Below are positions 53,191-64,000 of a DNA stretch of 64,000 bases, one piece after another; within the stretch, counting starts at the first letter, position 1; every line of letters starts with the position of its first letter. Made by a program: the position numbers and the translations under genes. Origin of the DNA: Vermamoeba vermiformis (lineage: Eukaryota); NCBI GenBank assembly GCA_045837725.1, contig JBEWZL010000084.1, forward strand, positions 434,001 to 498,000, read 5' to 3'. A model generated the notes under the pieces. It had not been told where the DNA came from. It saw only the letters and a list, made by a program, of their open reading frames with translations, and did no database searches.

Positions 53191-53437
53191 GGTGAAACAG
53201 CGCAGTAGTTCGCTATGAAAGCAAAAGCAAAGGCTAGTGTACATAGTTGTAAATTTATGATGTTTAAAAATAAACTTATCGAACTGGATCCAGTGCCCTG
53301 CTTGACCCTGGCCGTTAATCGACTTTTCTAACGAAATTGCACGATCAAATTTAATCTGCTGGTTAATTTTATTATTAGTCCCAGTGTTAAGGTCAATGCA
53401 ACAGTGATTCCATCAATCACTGGGTTGATATTCAATA

Positions 53438-55192
53438 ATGGAGCAGATCAACCCTCCTTACCAACGGATTAACACGGACAAGTCTGGTATTGTATAAACA
53501 ATTTCAAAAATTACAAAATAATATTATACATTTATTTAGATCGATAATCTCGATTATTTGGCATACGATCTAACCAAATCTAGATCGCAAACCGCTGTTT
53601 CACGTGTACAAGCGCAGATGGCTGGTGCTTATGGCCTTTTCAACCCTTACGTGCACTAACGCGTTATTATGGAATTCATTCAGCCCGATCGCTCTAATCG
53701 CGATGGACTACTTCAAGGCGAGTCCCACCGCCATTGATGCAATGAGCCTCTTATTCTTGTTTATATACATTCCTGGCGCATTTGTAGGATCATACTCATA
53801 TGCCAAACTGGGCCTTAAGAAAGGAGTAAGCACGCAGTACAATTCAGATCTTGTTGTAACGCTCTGCTTTATAGATTTTGATTGGTGTAGCGCTGAATAC
53901 TGTGGGATCTTGGTTAAGGTACATGAATGTTATTGATTCTGGGGACTATTGCTGACCAGCGAACAGATGGATCGGATGTGTTCAGCCTTGGTTTCCAGCG
54001 CCACAAGTCAAGTATGGCATTGTCATTGCTGGTCAAACACTCGCCGCTACAGCGCAGTCATTTATCTATCAAGCACCACCTCTCTTGGCCAGCAATTGGT
54101 TCCCGCCCACTGAACGTACCACGGCGACTTCGATCGGCTCACTGGCCAATCAACTCGGCATTGCTATTGGCTTTGTACTGTCTACTGAGATGGTCAACTC
54201 GGTAAGGGACATTATTGTCGATGAGCTATCAGAGCTAATTCAGCCTTAGGCTAGTGATCTGCCGTTCTTCATGATTGTCTGCGCGATGAGCTGTTCAATA
54301 GCCTGTAGTCTCTTCATATTCTTCTTTCAAGGTACACCTGACTTGCCACCCACCGCCGTGGCTGCGAATAATGCACGCGAGGACAATGCTAGCACCTCGT
54401 ACTGGCGACCGTACTTGGATGTGCTCAAGAACCGCGACTTCAACTTCTTATTCATCGCATTTAGCATCAGTCTTGGATGTATATTCGCACTGAGTACACT
54501 GCTCGATCAATTGCTCAATCTGCTCGAATACTCCAATGTAAGTGCTCGAGATCTGCATCCACCACTCTGGTACTCACCGCGCGCACAGGATGACTCAGGT
54601 GTATTTGGCCTGTTGACTATTATGGTGGGCATTGGTGCTGCACTCTTGCTCGGCGTGGTCACTGATCGCACGCGCAGCTACAAGCTCTTGCTGCTGATCA
54701 CATTTGCAGGCTGTGCACTCGCCTACGCGCTGTTTGCACTCGTGTTGAGACCCTCGCGCGTGATACTAGTGGGGGCCCTGTGCTCGATTGTTGGCTTCTT
54801 CAACACCGCCCTCGCACCGGTCTCGCTCGGTACGTACCGCTGTTTGACACTGGCACGCGCGTCACTGACAGTAGCACGACAGAGGCAGCAGTCGAACTGA
54901 CCTATCCCATCAACGAAGAAGTGTCCTCGACACTGCTGACGAATGGTGCAAATCTGATGGGCATGGCGTTCATTCTCGCCCTGGCCCCGCTGCTCACTGC
55001 TGACTTGCCGCGACTCTTCTTGGGCATTCTCGCTGCATTCAACTTGTTGGGATTCGGACTGCTCGTGTTCATGCGACCTCGTTACAAACGATTGATGGCC
55101 GAGCAAGAGGTATGTAGTGCATTCGCTGCAGTGTGTCGAGCACATCCGAACTGACCTTTTGTTACCAGCACACGAAGCCACTGCTCGCTTGA
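53438..55192 (+). CDS. MFS transporter, FLVCR/SLC49-like
   Basis: VYKRRWLVL..NALLWNSFSPI, LASNWFPPTERTTATSIG..NQLGIAIG and EAAVELTYPINE. Confidence 0.9.
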
Positions 55193-55348
55193 GCTGCCAC
55201 ATTATCACTTGTAACTATATTCACCACCTTGTAATAAAGTTTGTTGTACTATTGTAAATGCTATTTACTTGCGAACATTACAACCAGATCTGACTTCAGA
55301 TGTGGTTTTGAAAGTGTATTGAGACAGTTTGATACTGACACCGATCCT

Positions 55349-56406
55349 TTAGACCAACTTCTTTTTCTTGAAGAAAGACTTCAAGTGCGTGATCTGCCAG
55401 AGCGCAGTGAGGAGGAGAATGCTGATCTGCACGATGCTGAACCACAACACGCGCGTGTTCGTGCTCTCACTCGTGTCGCGGAATCGAGCCTCGCGTGACT
55501 TGAAGTAGCGCTGTTCACTCGCAACGTTCTCAGCTCTGTCGTACAACTTGCGCACCTTCAATTCGATGGCTGTAGTAATAAATAATCAGATCAGTCACCG
55601 CGCAGCAAAGCACATCTGAGAGCTACGTACACGACAACTTCTCGCGACGACCAATCTCATCGTAGTCCTTGCCTTGTGCGCCACTGCCAACTTCGAGGTG
55701 GAATTTCTGTTAATAGGGAGTTAAGGAGAACATGGAATTAAGGGCTGTTAGTGCGGAGGTAAAGGCCTTGGATGTGGATACGAATTGAGCGGGAGCAAAC
55801 CAAGAGGTGGTGTTAGTTTCGAAGCAGACTTTGTGCTCGCCTCCAACTTGCGCAGACCAAGCGAATTTGCTGTCGCGATCATGAGCCTAGTTGATACGAA
55901 AGATTATTATTAAGCATGGTATTTTATGGTGACGTAGTCAATTAGTACGAATGGAGTATAATTACGCGAATATTGTCTATAATTAATCCGAATACGCAGT
56001 TTAATAGGGCGCTGTTGTATTAATTTTAGATGAGCATCTTCAAAATTTTTTAAAAAATGCCAAAATAGATACAATTACGAAATAAAATTAATAATTGCGT
56101 CCACTATAATTAATAATATCCAAGTAATAAAGTTAAGCTATTATTCTCGCTTACTCGGCTGTACACAACTCGTTCAATAGGATCTACAACTTCAACAATA
56201 ATACCAATGCCGCGTTCCACAAGAGGATTAGCACCTGCTACAAGACCTTCGGGCTCGCATTGGAAATTACCCCAAATCAAAGTATCTTTGGGCACTTCAA
56301 TCAAGTAACACTTTCTGAATCCTTCGCGCATCAACACGTAGTGACCGAACACACCTTGACAGAGGACCAAGGCGGTCAGTAATAATAAGCACGAGACTGC
56401 TTTCAT
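55349..56406 (-). CDS. p24/emp24/gp25L (TMED) family cargo receptor, alpha-like
   Basis: Signal peptide, GOLD domain (RKCYLIEVPKDT), REARFRDTSESTNTRVLWFS and C-terminal HLKSFFKKKKLV. Confidence 0.93.
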
Positions 56407-56863
56407 ATTCTCGTTGGCTGTGTTCAAAATAATAATGACAAAGGCTTGCAAAAAAAAAATTATTTGGATGGTGACGTCAGTCGTCTAACATTCGATTGAA
56501 TAGGAAGTTACATAGTGAACAGGGCTACTGATAAAGGATAGATTTCGATTGCAGGCATCAACAATTTGGAGACAAACGACGCAGTCAAGTATGCTGTTTT
56601 GCTCACAAAGCGAAAGCATGTTCAAATTTAATTCATTTTTAGCTACTTTATGTGGCGCTGTATGATACAAAGAACAATTAGTCGATAGCACAGCAACACC
56701 GATCCAGATTCAGACAGCGAGAGGAGTATTCGGTGAAATTTGACATAACCGAGAAAAGATTCGATTAAATTGTCCAATAAGATAGAAATTGCTATTTATT
56801 ATTACGTGGTGAAGCAGTTACCCACAGTTAAGCACTGCAAGCTGAAATTGAATTGACCAGGCG

Positions 56864-58993
56864 ATGGATCCTCGTTCCAAAAAGCGAAAGGCGAAGGCAA
56901 AGTCCCAGAGAACTATCGATACGGTGCAAGATACAGTTGAGGTACTATTATTAATACGCTGCCACTATTTAGTGAAGGCAAAACAAAGGAGTCAAGTCTG
57001 AATTTCGAAATTGATTCCTAACTCTTCTTAAGCCACGAGTGAATTAGAATTAATTCTAAATTAGAAATATAATGCTATAAGTCGTTTAATATTAGTGCAC
57101 CTCACCTTAATATTTCCGATCCAGATTGTTTCCAGAGATCCAAAAGAAATCAAAGAGCGAGTGACGACAAAAGAAGTGGAGCATAATATTAATGGCGTTA
57201 AAGAAATCGTCACTAAGAAACAAGTCACATTGACGGAAGAGGCGGATGGAGCAGTCAAGAAAGAAGAACAAACCACTTCTTGGACTTTCGACAAACGGCT
57301 CGGTCCTAAACCTCGGTACGTGACCCAACACTCATATAGTAGTATACTAACACCTACCAGTGCGCGAGTGTCAGTGCTGGATCGACTCGATGCTTTGCCC
57401 GCAGACAACGGCACCCGCAACTTTGCCGCGCTGTGTCTGACGATGTGGGCCCTGCATATGATGACGGAGAACTACTACGAGCACGGCTATCTCGTCAACT
57501 GGCGCTACCTCGTCAACATGCTGCAGGGCTGGCCATTTGCAGTGGGACTGTGGCAGTCGATGCTGGTGTGGAGTGCACTGCTGTACCTGATCACCACTGC
57601 TGGACTGCGCGGGCACTTGTCGCGTCCCCTCGCCAACGCGCTCTTTTACGCAGCACTCGCCATCTTGTCCTTCGTGCCCGTGTGGATCATCTTGCACTAC
57701 GATCTCAACTTCTGTAAGTATCTGGCTGCAGCGAGTAGCGGTGATTGACACGTGTCAAACAGTGATGGGTGGTGCGAGTGTGGCGCAGTCAATCGTGAAC
57801 TCAATGAAGCTCTACAGCTACTGGTCCACCAACTGGCTCTTGGAAGACAAACGGCGCCGCATTCAGGCCAAGCACAGCGCGGGGGTGACAGGTGTCAAAG
57901 TGCCAGCGACTCAGCGCAAGACCATGACAGTGATCACCACTGTGCCCAACACGAACAACAACAGCACGCAGTCCGTGAGTGCCAATGTTGATACTGTGCT
58001 CGACGACGACGAGTCAGATCCCAACTTGCTCATTTATCCCTCGAACTGTAAGTGCAGTGACAAGTGAATGAGTGACTAATGTGCTCGCAGTGACCTTCAG
58101 CAACTTCCTCTACTTCCTCTCGTGTCCCAGTCTCGTCTACGAGGTCTCGTTCCCAAAGACGAATGCTATTCGCTGGACGTACTTCTTTTCGTTGGTTGGA
58201 CAAGCAGCTGCTACATTCTTCATCGAATATCTGTTCTGTAAGTGCCACTTCAGACCCGCGCCCATGTACTCACATTAGCGCTAGTCTCCGAGTCGCTCAT
58301 GCCAGTGTTTGAACACGCACAACAACTGCCCTATCATCGCGCAGTCATCAAACTCTCGCTCACTGCCATCATCATGTGGCTGCTCTCGTACGTGCAACTA
58401 TATATGTAGTTGTATTGCTCGGTGCTCATTCTCTCTTTGCAGCTTCTACGGCATATTCCACTGCATACTGGGCATGATTGCAGAGTTAACGCGCTTCGCA
58501 GATCGAGAGTTCTACTTGGACTGGTGGAATGCGCAGAGCTTCGATCAGTGGTGGCGTCGCTGGAACAGACCTGTTTATAAGTGGATGTTGCGTCACATCT
58601 ACACTGACAGCATGCACACCGTCAAGTTCAACAAGGGCACTGCCACCTTCGCCGTGTTTTTGACTTCGGCCGTGCTGCACGAGGTATTAGAAAAATTACC
58701 ATCTTATTAACGAAAATACTCACGCGTTGCCAGTATATCATTGCTGTCGGATTCAGAGTGCTTCGTCCAATTTTGAGTACAACAATGTTGATCCAAAGTA
58801 CGTCATTGGTTGATCGTGTACTCGCCAATGTTAACAGCCTTTTATTATAGTTGGTATTATTTACATCACGAAGCTTCCGGCTCTTCAAGGCACCCAGCTC
58901 GGTAATCTCGTCATGTGGTTGTCGCTAATCGTCGGCCAGCCAATGATCTGGATTCTGTACTGCTACAGTTACTTCAATAATAGCATGCCTTGA
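56864..58993 (+). CDS. MBOAT acyltransferase, DGAT1/sterol O-acyltransferase family
   Basis: MKLYSY, FLYFLSCPSLVYEVSFPKT, AELTRFADREFYLDWWNA, WNRPVYKWMLRHIY and SAVLHE|Y. Confidence 0.92.
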
Positions 58994-59191
58994 GGTTGGT
59001 TTGTCCATATTTATTTTGTACATAATGCGGCTCAGTTTCAGTGAAAAAATTGCCGCCGAAATAAATTAAATTTCCAAGAACTCAAATTGCCAAAAACGGA
59101 ATTTTGGTGCTTCATAATTATTTTAACGTCAAAACTACAACACACGAACACAAGCCTTACATCTCATTAAGCAAAGAAATCTGTAAATTAA

Positions 59192-61862
59192 ATGGTACGT
59201 AAGCGTGACATTTTTTTGGTATCCGGTGGATCTGGTCAGCGTCTGAATTATTTCGAATAACAATGCGATAATAATTTTTCCTATTATTTTTAATAATTGT
59301 TTTTCGCAGAACTCAAACCCAAATTTAAATCCGCTGGCCAACTATCGATCTCGAAATGTAACTTCAGACGCCAAGACTGGTTTTGCAGCAAGATCCATTA
59401 GTGGAAATAACAGCAACAATAACGGAAATTGGAATAATACTCCGGAGCAGCAAGCTATGCCAATCACGACTTCACCCACGCGTCCGGTGCAAACTCCACG
59501 CGTGCCCCCACAACAAGCGGGCAACACTAACTACGCACAAAATGGCGCTATACACACAGTGCCGCAAGCACAAGCGAGGCTCGGCAATGTCGTGCCAGCA
59601 CAGGGCCAAGTACCTGCACAGTACCCCGCGCAACAGACTGCCCCACAGCTGCAAACACCGCCCAGACCAGCCTCGAGCTCGCCCCCCTCGAACACATTGA
59701 GTGTCAACAATAGAACGCCCTCACCCAACTCTACACCGCCCTCGCAGTCCAGTCCCTCGCCCTCACCACAACGACCCGCGCACTTGTCAGCGCAGTCTGT
59801 CACTCACGCACCACAGCAGCATGCACCACAACAAGTGCCTTATCCACAACAACAACAACAGTACGTGCCACAACCACCGCGCCCTGCAGCCACACCCTAT
59901 CCTGTCAATACACCCGCCGTGCATCCCAATGCAGTGAATGCTGCTGCCAAGCCAGTCGTTAGCACTGCTCCTCAGCCAAGTCCTCAACCCATCGTGCAAC
60001 AAACACCGCAAGTGCAAATACAACAACCGACCAACCAAGCCCCTGTAGCACCCGTTCATGAACAAGCCACGCAAGAAGATTTGCAAAGTATCCCCGATGA
60101 CATGTTGATGGCCCTCGACGAGGCACAAACAATGTTGCACGAACACCAGAGTCATCAAGCACGTGTCAATGAGCAACAGAACACTGTGCAGCCACCACAA
60201 GTTAGTGGCCCTGTGTCTGGACAGCCAGAACAGCACATGACACCTGTCAATCACGAACCAGCACCGCAACATTCAGTGAACCCAGCTGTCAATGACGAAC
60301 TCGAACGATTGCGACGCAAAATAGCGCAGTTGGAGCAAGACAAGTCCAAAGAAGACTTGGTGCGCACACAACTGCAACACGCGCGCGACAATCTGGCCAC
60401 AACGCTCACGCAGCTCACCAACATGCGGAACAAAGAGTCGCAGATCAGACGTGAGAAGGACCAGCTGCAAGAACAACTCATGTGGAAGGAACAAGAGCTG
60501 CGTGAAGTGCGCATGACACAGCTCGAACAGGCCCCCGTCCAGTCCAGCACTGACACGCGCATGCTTGACGCCTCTGACGCCGAGCACGTGGTGTACAACG
60601 TGAACACTGAGAGCGATGAGAGCGAGCCAGTGAACGATCACAGCACCCACGTGCTCAATCTGCGCATGAAGGTTGGGACTGGCAACACGCAGGCTAATAA
60701 CAGCGCCACTGCGGGGGGCAAACACTCGCCAAATAATTTGCAACAGCTGCAGATCCAAGGGACCGCTAAAAACAGATCTCCCACGGCCAACAAAAATTCA
60801 AAGTCCTCGCCCACTCAGCCCTCATCGACTAAAAAGGCAACAGTGCCATCCAAGGGTCACAAACGATCACGCGATGAAATGTCGCGCGGGCACGAGGAGA
60901 CGGATGAGATCGGTGAGCCAAGCAACAAAGAAGCTGAGAGATTGAAGCTCGTAAGTAGAATCGATAAACAACGAGGGCATGTACTAATATGGTCATAGGC
61001 TCTATATAAGGCCCGAGTACGACTGCACAACATCAAGAAGGCTGTGTTGACCGATGTCAGCGAAGAAAAGACGCAAAATGCGGTGAACTTGGATCAGTTG
61101 AAAGCGGAATTACTCGACTGCATTCAAATGCAAATGACCTCGCAGTTCGATGCACTCAAAGCGGAGATCGCAAACCTCGCTGCACCACGTGCCACAACTG
61201 ACGATGACGTCACCGAGCCACCGACAAAGAAGCGCAAAGTCAGCGAGCAGCAAGCAGTGCCAGTGAACGACGAGACGGAAAAACTCGTTGCGTCACTGCG
61301 CGAACAAGTTGACCAGCTGACCAAACAACATCAAGCAGCACGTGACGAAGCGGAGAAATCTCGCCAGACGAGCGAGTCACTGAACCACATGCTCAATGAA
61401 CTCAAACACGTGCGCGACCAAGACGTGAGCAAGCTGAACGAAGACAAAGCAGAGCTGGTGGAGCGTGTCACTGCCCTCGAAGCACAACTCGCTCAAGCAC
61501 GTGTGGCTGCTGAATCGGCACGTGACGCTGAGCAACTGCGCGAACAAACGCAAAGTTTGCAAGAAGAATTGAACAAGTCACGTGATGAGCTGGCAACACT
61601 CCGCACACGTGCCGAGGCAGCTGAGCGGCAGTTGGAGGTGGCTGAACAGCGTGCCAGCGAACTCGATCAGTTATTCCGCGATGAGAGTGGCAAGAGCACG
61701 AAATTTCAAGAAGACAACGTCAAACTGCAGCAAGAGTGCGACAAGCTCAAAGTGGTCTGCAAACAGCTGTATTTGCAGATCAAGAGCAAACCTAGTTCAC
61801 TGAACAACAGCGGCAATCTCGCGACATCAAGCGAGGGTCAGACCACGACTAATGATGCTTAA
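59192..61862 (+). CDS. Hypothetical protein: P/Q-rich N-terminus and two long coiled coils with NLS-like motifs
   Basis: An ATG-only first exon (59192-59194, gtacgt donor) splices in frame to the 513-aa ORF, then to the 272-aa ORF. PPTKKRK motif. Confidence 0.75.
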
Positions 61863-61991
61863 TCTGCAGCTATGATTAGTACCCATGTAAATATCTTTTG
61901 TAATTAAATCCCGTTGTTAACACAGTTTTACTGCCGGTTCTTTATGTACAAATATTACAACTTTGCAATTATTCTTCGGTGAATTAATCGA

Positions 61992-63854
61992 TCAAGCAGC
62001 CACGTGCTCAGTGTCAGCATCGTCATCGAACAGTGCCTCGTCGTCCTCAGTGTCAGGATCGTGCAGCTCTTCCAGTGTCTTGCCCTCAGCGTTGACTCCA
62101 AACAGCATGGCAAACACCGCGGCCAAGAACATGAGCACACTAGCGGCCACATAGCCCCAAAATAGACTCATGCGCTCACCCGTGCCGATCAAGTGACCGA
62201 ACACCACGGGCCCTGCTGTGCCTCCGAGACCGGTGCCTAGTGCGTAGAAGAATGCAATCGAGAGTGCGCGGACTGACGATATCAATAATGAGCAATTGAA
62301 ATAGCTATCATTGTTTGAAATCACGTACTCTCCATCGGAAATATCTCCGAGACCGTGAGATACGCAGATGATGCAGAAGCAGAGCTAATGAAGAAGATGA
62401 CTGACCAGCACACTGTCTGCGTCACGGCTGTCAACATGTCACTCGCGTACATCCAACCTAAATTAGGCAATGGTCAGTCATCGACATCGGGCAGTGTAAG
62501 ATCACGTGCCAGTAGCTGTCAGCAGCACCGCAGACATCAAGTACGTGATGGCAATCATAGGTCTGCGGCCCCACTTGTCGAACAGCGGGCCCAACAGCAC
62601 TGAGCCCAGGAAATTTCCGAGTGCGAAGGGCAGTTCATAGAGACCCACGTGACTGGGCGAGACACCGTACGAGGCAGTGAGCACTGGTGCGTACGAGAAG
62701 AAGACCGCGTTGTAGAAGAAGGCCTGTGCCGCCACGAGCACGAGAGCGAGCAGTGAGCGGCGCTTGTACCGACGCAGCACTTTGCCAATTACCGCGCCGA
62801 AGCCCACAGTGCCCGTCAGCAGTGGCAATCGATGTTGTGCAGACACCACTGTCAGCACGTGCCCTGACCGCTCTATGCGCTCTTCAATGCTCGAAACGAG
62901 TTTTTCCGCCTCTGCCACTCTGCCGTGCATCACGAGCCAGCGCGGGGACTCGGGCAACTTCAAGCGCATGACGATGATGGAGATCCCGAGCACTGAGGCC
63001 ACGGAGAACGGGAATCGCCAGCCGAGCTTGGGTTCGAAGAGATCGTCGCGCAGAAATATGAGCGAGAGCCCACAGCCCATGCCCACACCGAGCCAATAGC
63101 TGCCATTGATCGCCAAGTCCACCGTACCGCGGATCTTCGCTGGAATAAACTGAGGAGAAGTGCGGTCAATACGATGCAAATGTCTATAGTAATGGTGCTC
63201 ATATACCTCATTGATCGCAGAATTCATCGCCGAGTACTCGCCGCCAATGCCGAGTCCGATCACAAAAGTGCAAGCAATGAATGACCAGAAGTCCCAGGAG
63301 AATGCAGCACCCTGCGAGGCGAGCAAGTAGATTGTCGGTGTGACTATGAACAGCCTTTGACGGCCATATCTATCGGCCAAATAGCCAAACAAAAGTGCGC
63401 CAAGCACAGCGCCGATCAGATACGTCGTGCCTGACCATCCAACCTCGCCAGGGGTCAGGGCCAATGTGTCTGGTGCTAGCAGCTTCGAGCCAACCAATGA
63501 GAGTGAGGAGACTATCAATCCGTCCATAATCCACGATATGCCCAGCGACACAGCAATCAAAGTGTGCCATCTAGTACAAAACAATTGTCAGCACAACGAT
63601 CGGAAGTCAATTGAGCTCGAACCTGCTCCACGGTAGGCGATCCATGCGTGCACTAATATTGCTTTCTATATAAGTCTTCTTGCCTACTTGATGCAACAGA
63701 CCTGTCTAAGACACATCTGTTAATTATGTTGAATTATTTTGATAATTATTTCAGCAATTATTTTGTTACATAATTAAGAATACTGAATTATTACCTGTTC
63801 ATCGCGAGGCAATTCCACTTCAATGTGTTCAGATGTGCTTTGTTGTATGCTCAT
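61992..63854 (-). CDS. MFS sugar/aromatic-acid-type transporter, bacterial-like subfamily
   Basis: ARMDRLPWSR|WHTLIAVSLGISWIMDG, GYLADRYGRQRLF, GIGGEYSAMNSAINE, LPESPRWL and LGPLFDKWGRRPMI. Confidence 0.9.
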
Positions 63855-64000
63855 CTCGATTAGTTGATCACTCATTCACTAGTCTGTGTTGAGTTTATCG
63901 AGCTCATCATACGAGCTAACAAAAGCGAGCAAATCTCATGCGACATTTGGTGGAGATATCAGTTAATTTATAAATACAGCGGTAAATTTCATCGCGTTTA

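Overview
Gene-dense eukaryotic nuclear DNA with many short (about 45-60 nt) GT-AG introns, longer AT-rich first introns and short intergenic spacers. Gene content is consistent with a free-living amoeboid protist (inference). The ORF track fragments most genes, so I assembled models by hand across introns, and boundaries are approximate where stated. About 27 protein genes are supported: PI-PLC (partial), DNAJC12-like, an SRA-like/AT-hook protein, RPL36, CSN3, an HMG-box protein, a SYCP2-like meiotic axis protein, a Kelch/EGF surface protein, RAD52, VPS20, PCNA, an ATP-grasp ligase, two PA-7TM paralogs, an F-box/LRR protein, two small paralogs with a Pol II CTD-like heptad, SPT5, a giant USP, a PWWP protein, two receptor tyrosine-kinase-like genes, a TPR protein, two MFS transporters, a p24 protein, an MBOAT acyltransferase and a coiled-coil protein. 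There are also two probable pseudogenes. The strongest leads are: (1) a non-coding locus at about 40.7-42.2 kb with two diverged tandem copies of a ~450-nt sequence showing conserved long-range, G-U-compatible, pseudoknotted pairings (candidate unknown large structured RNA); (2) an intron-split domain resembling the SRA-like reader of bacterial modification-dependent restriction enzymes, fused to an AT-hook; (3) a SYCP2/Red1-type axis gene, implying meiotic capacity. Family assignments are from motif recognition by eye, and no database searches were run. I recognised no rRNA, tRNA, CRISPR array or intact transposase.
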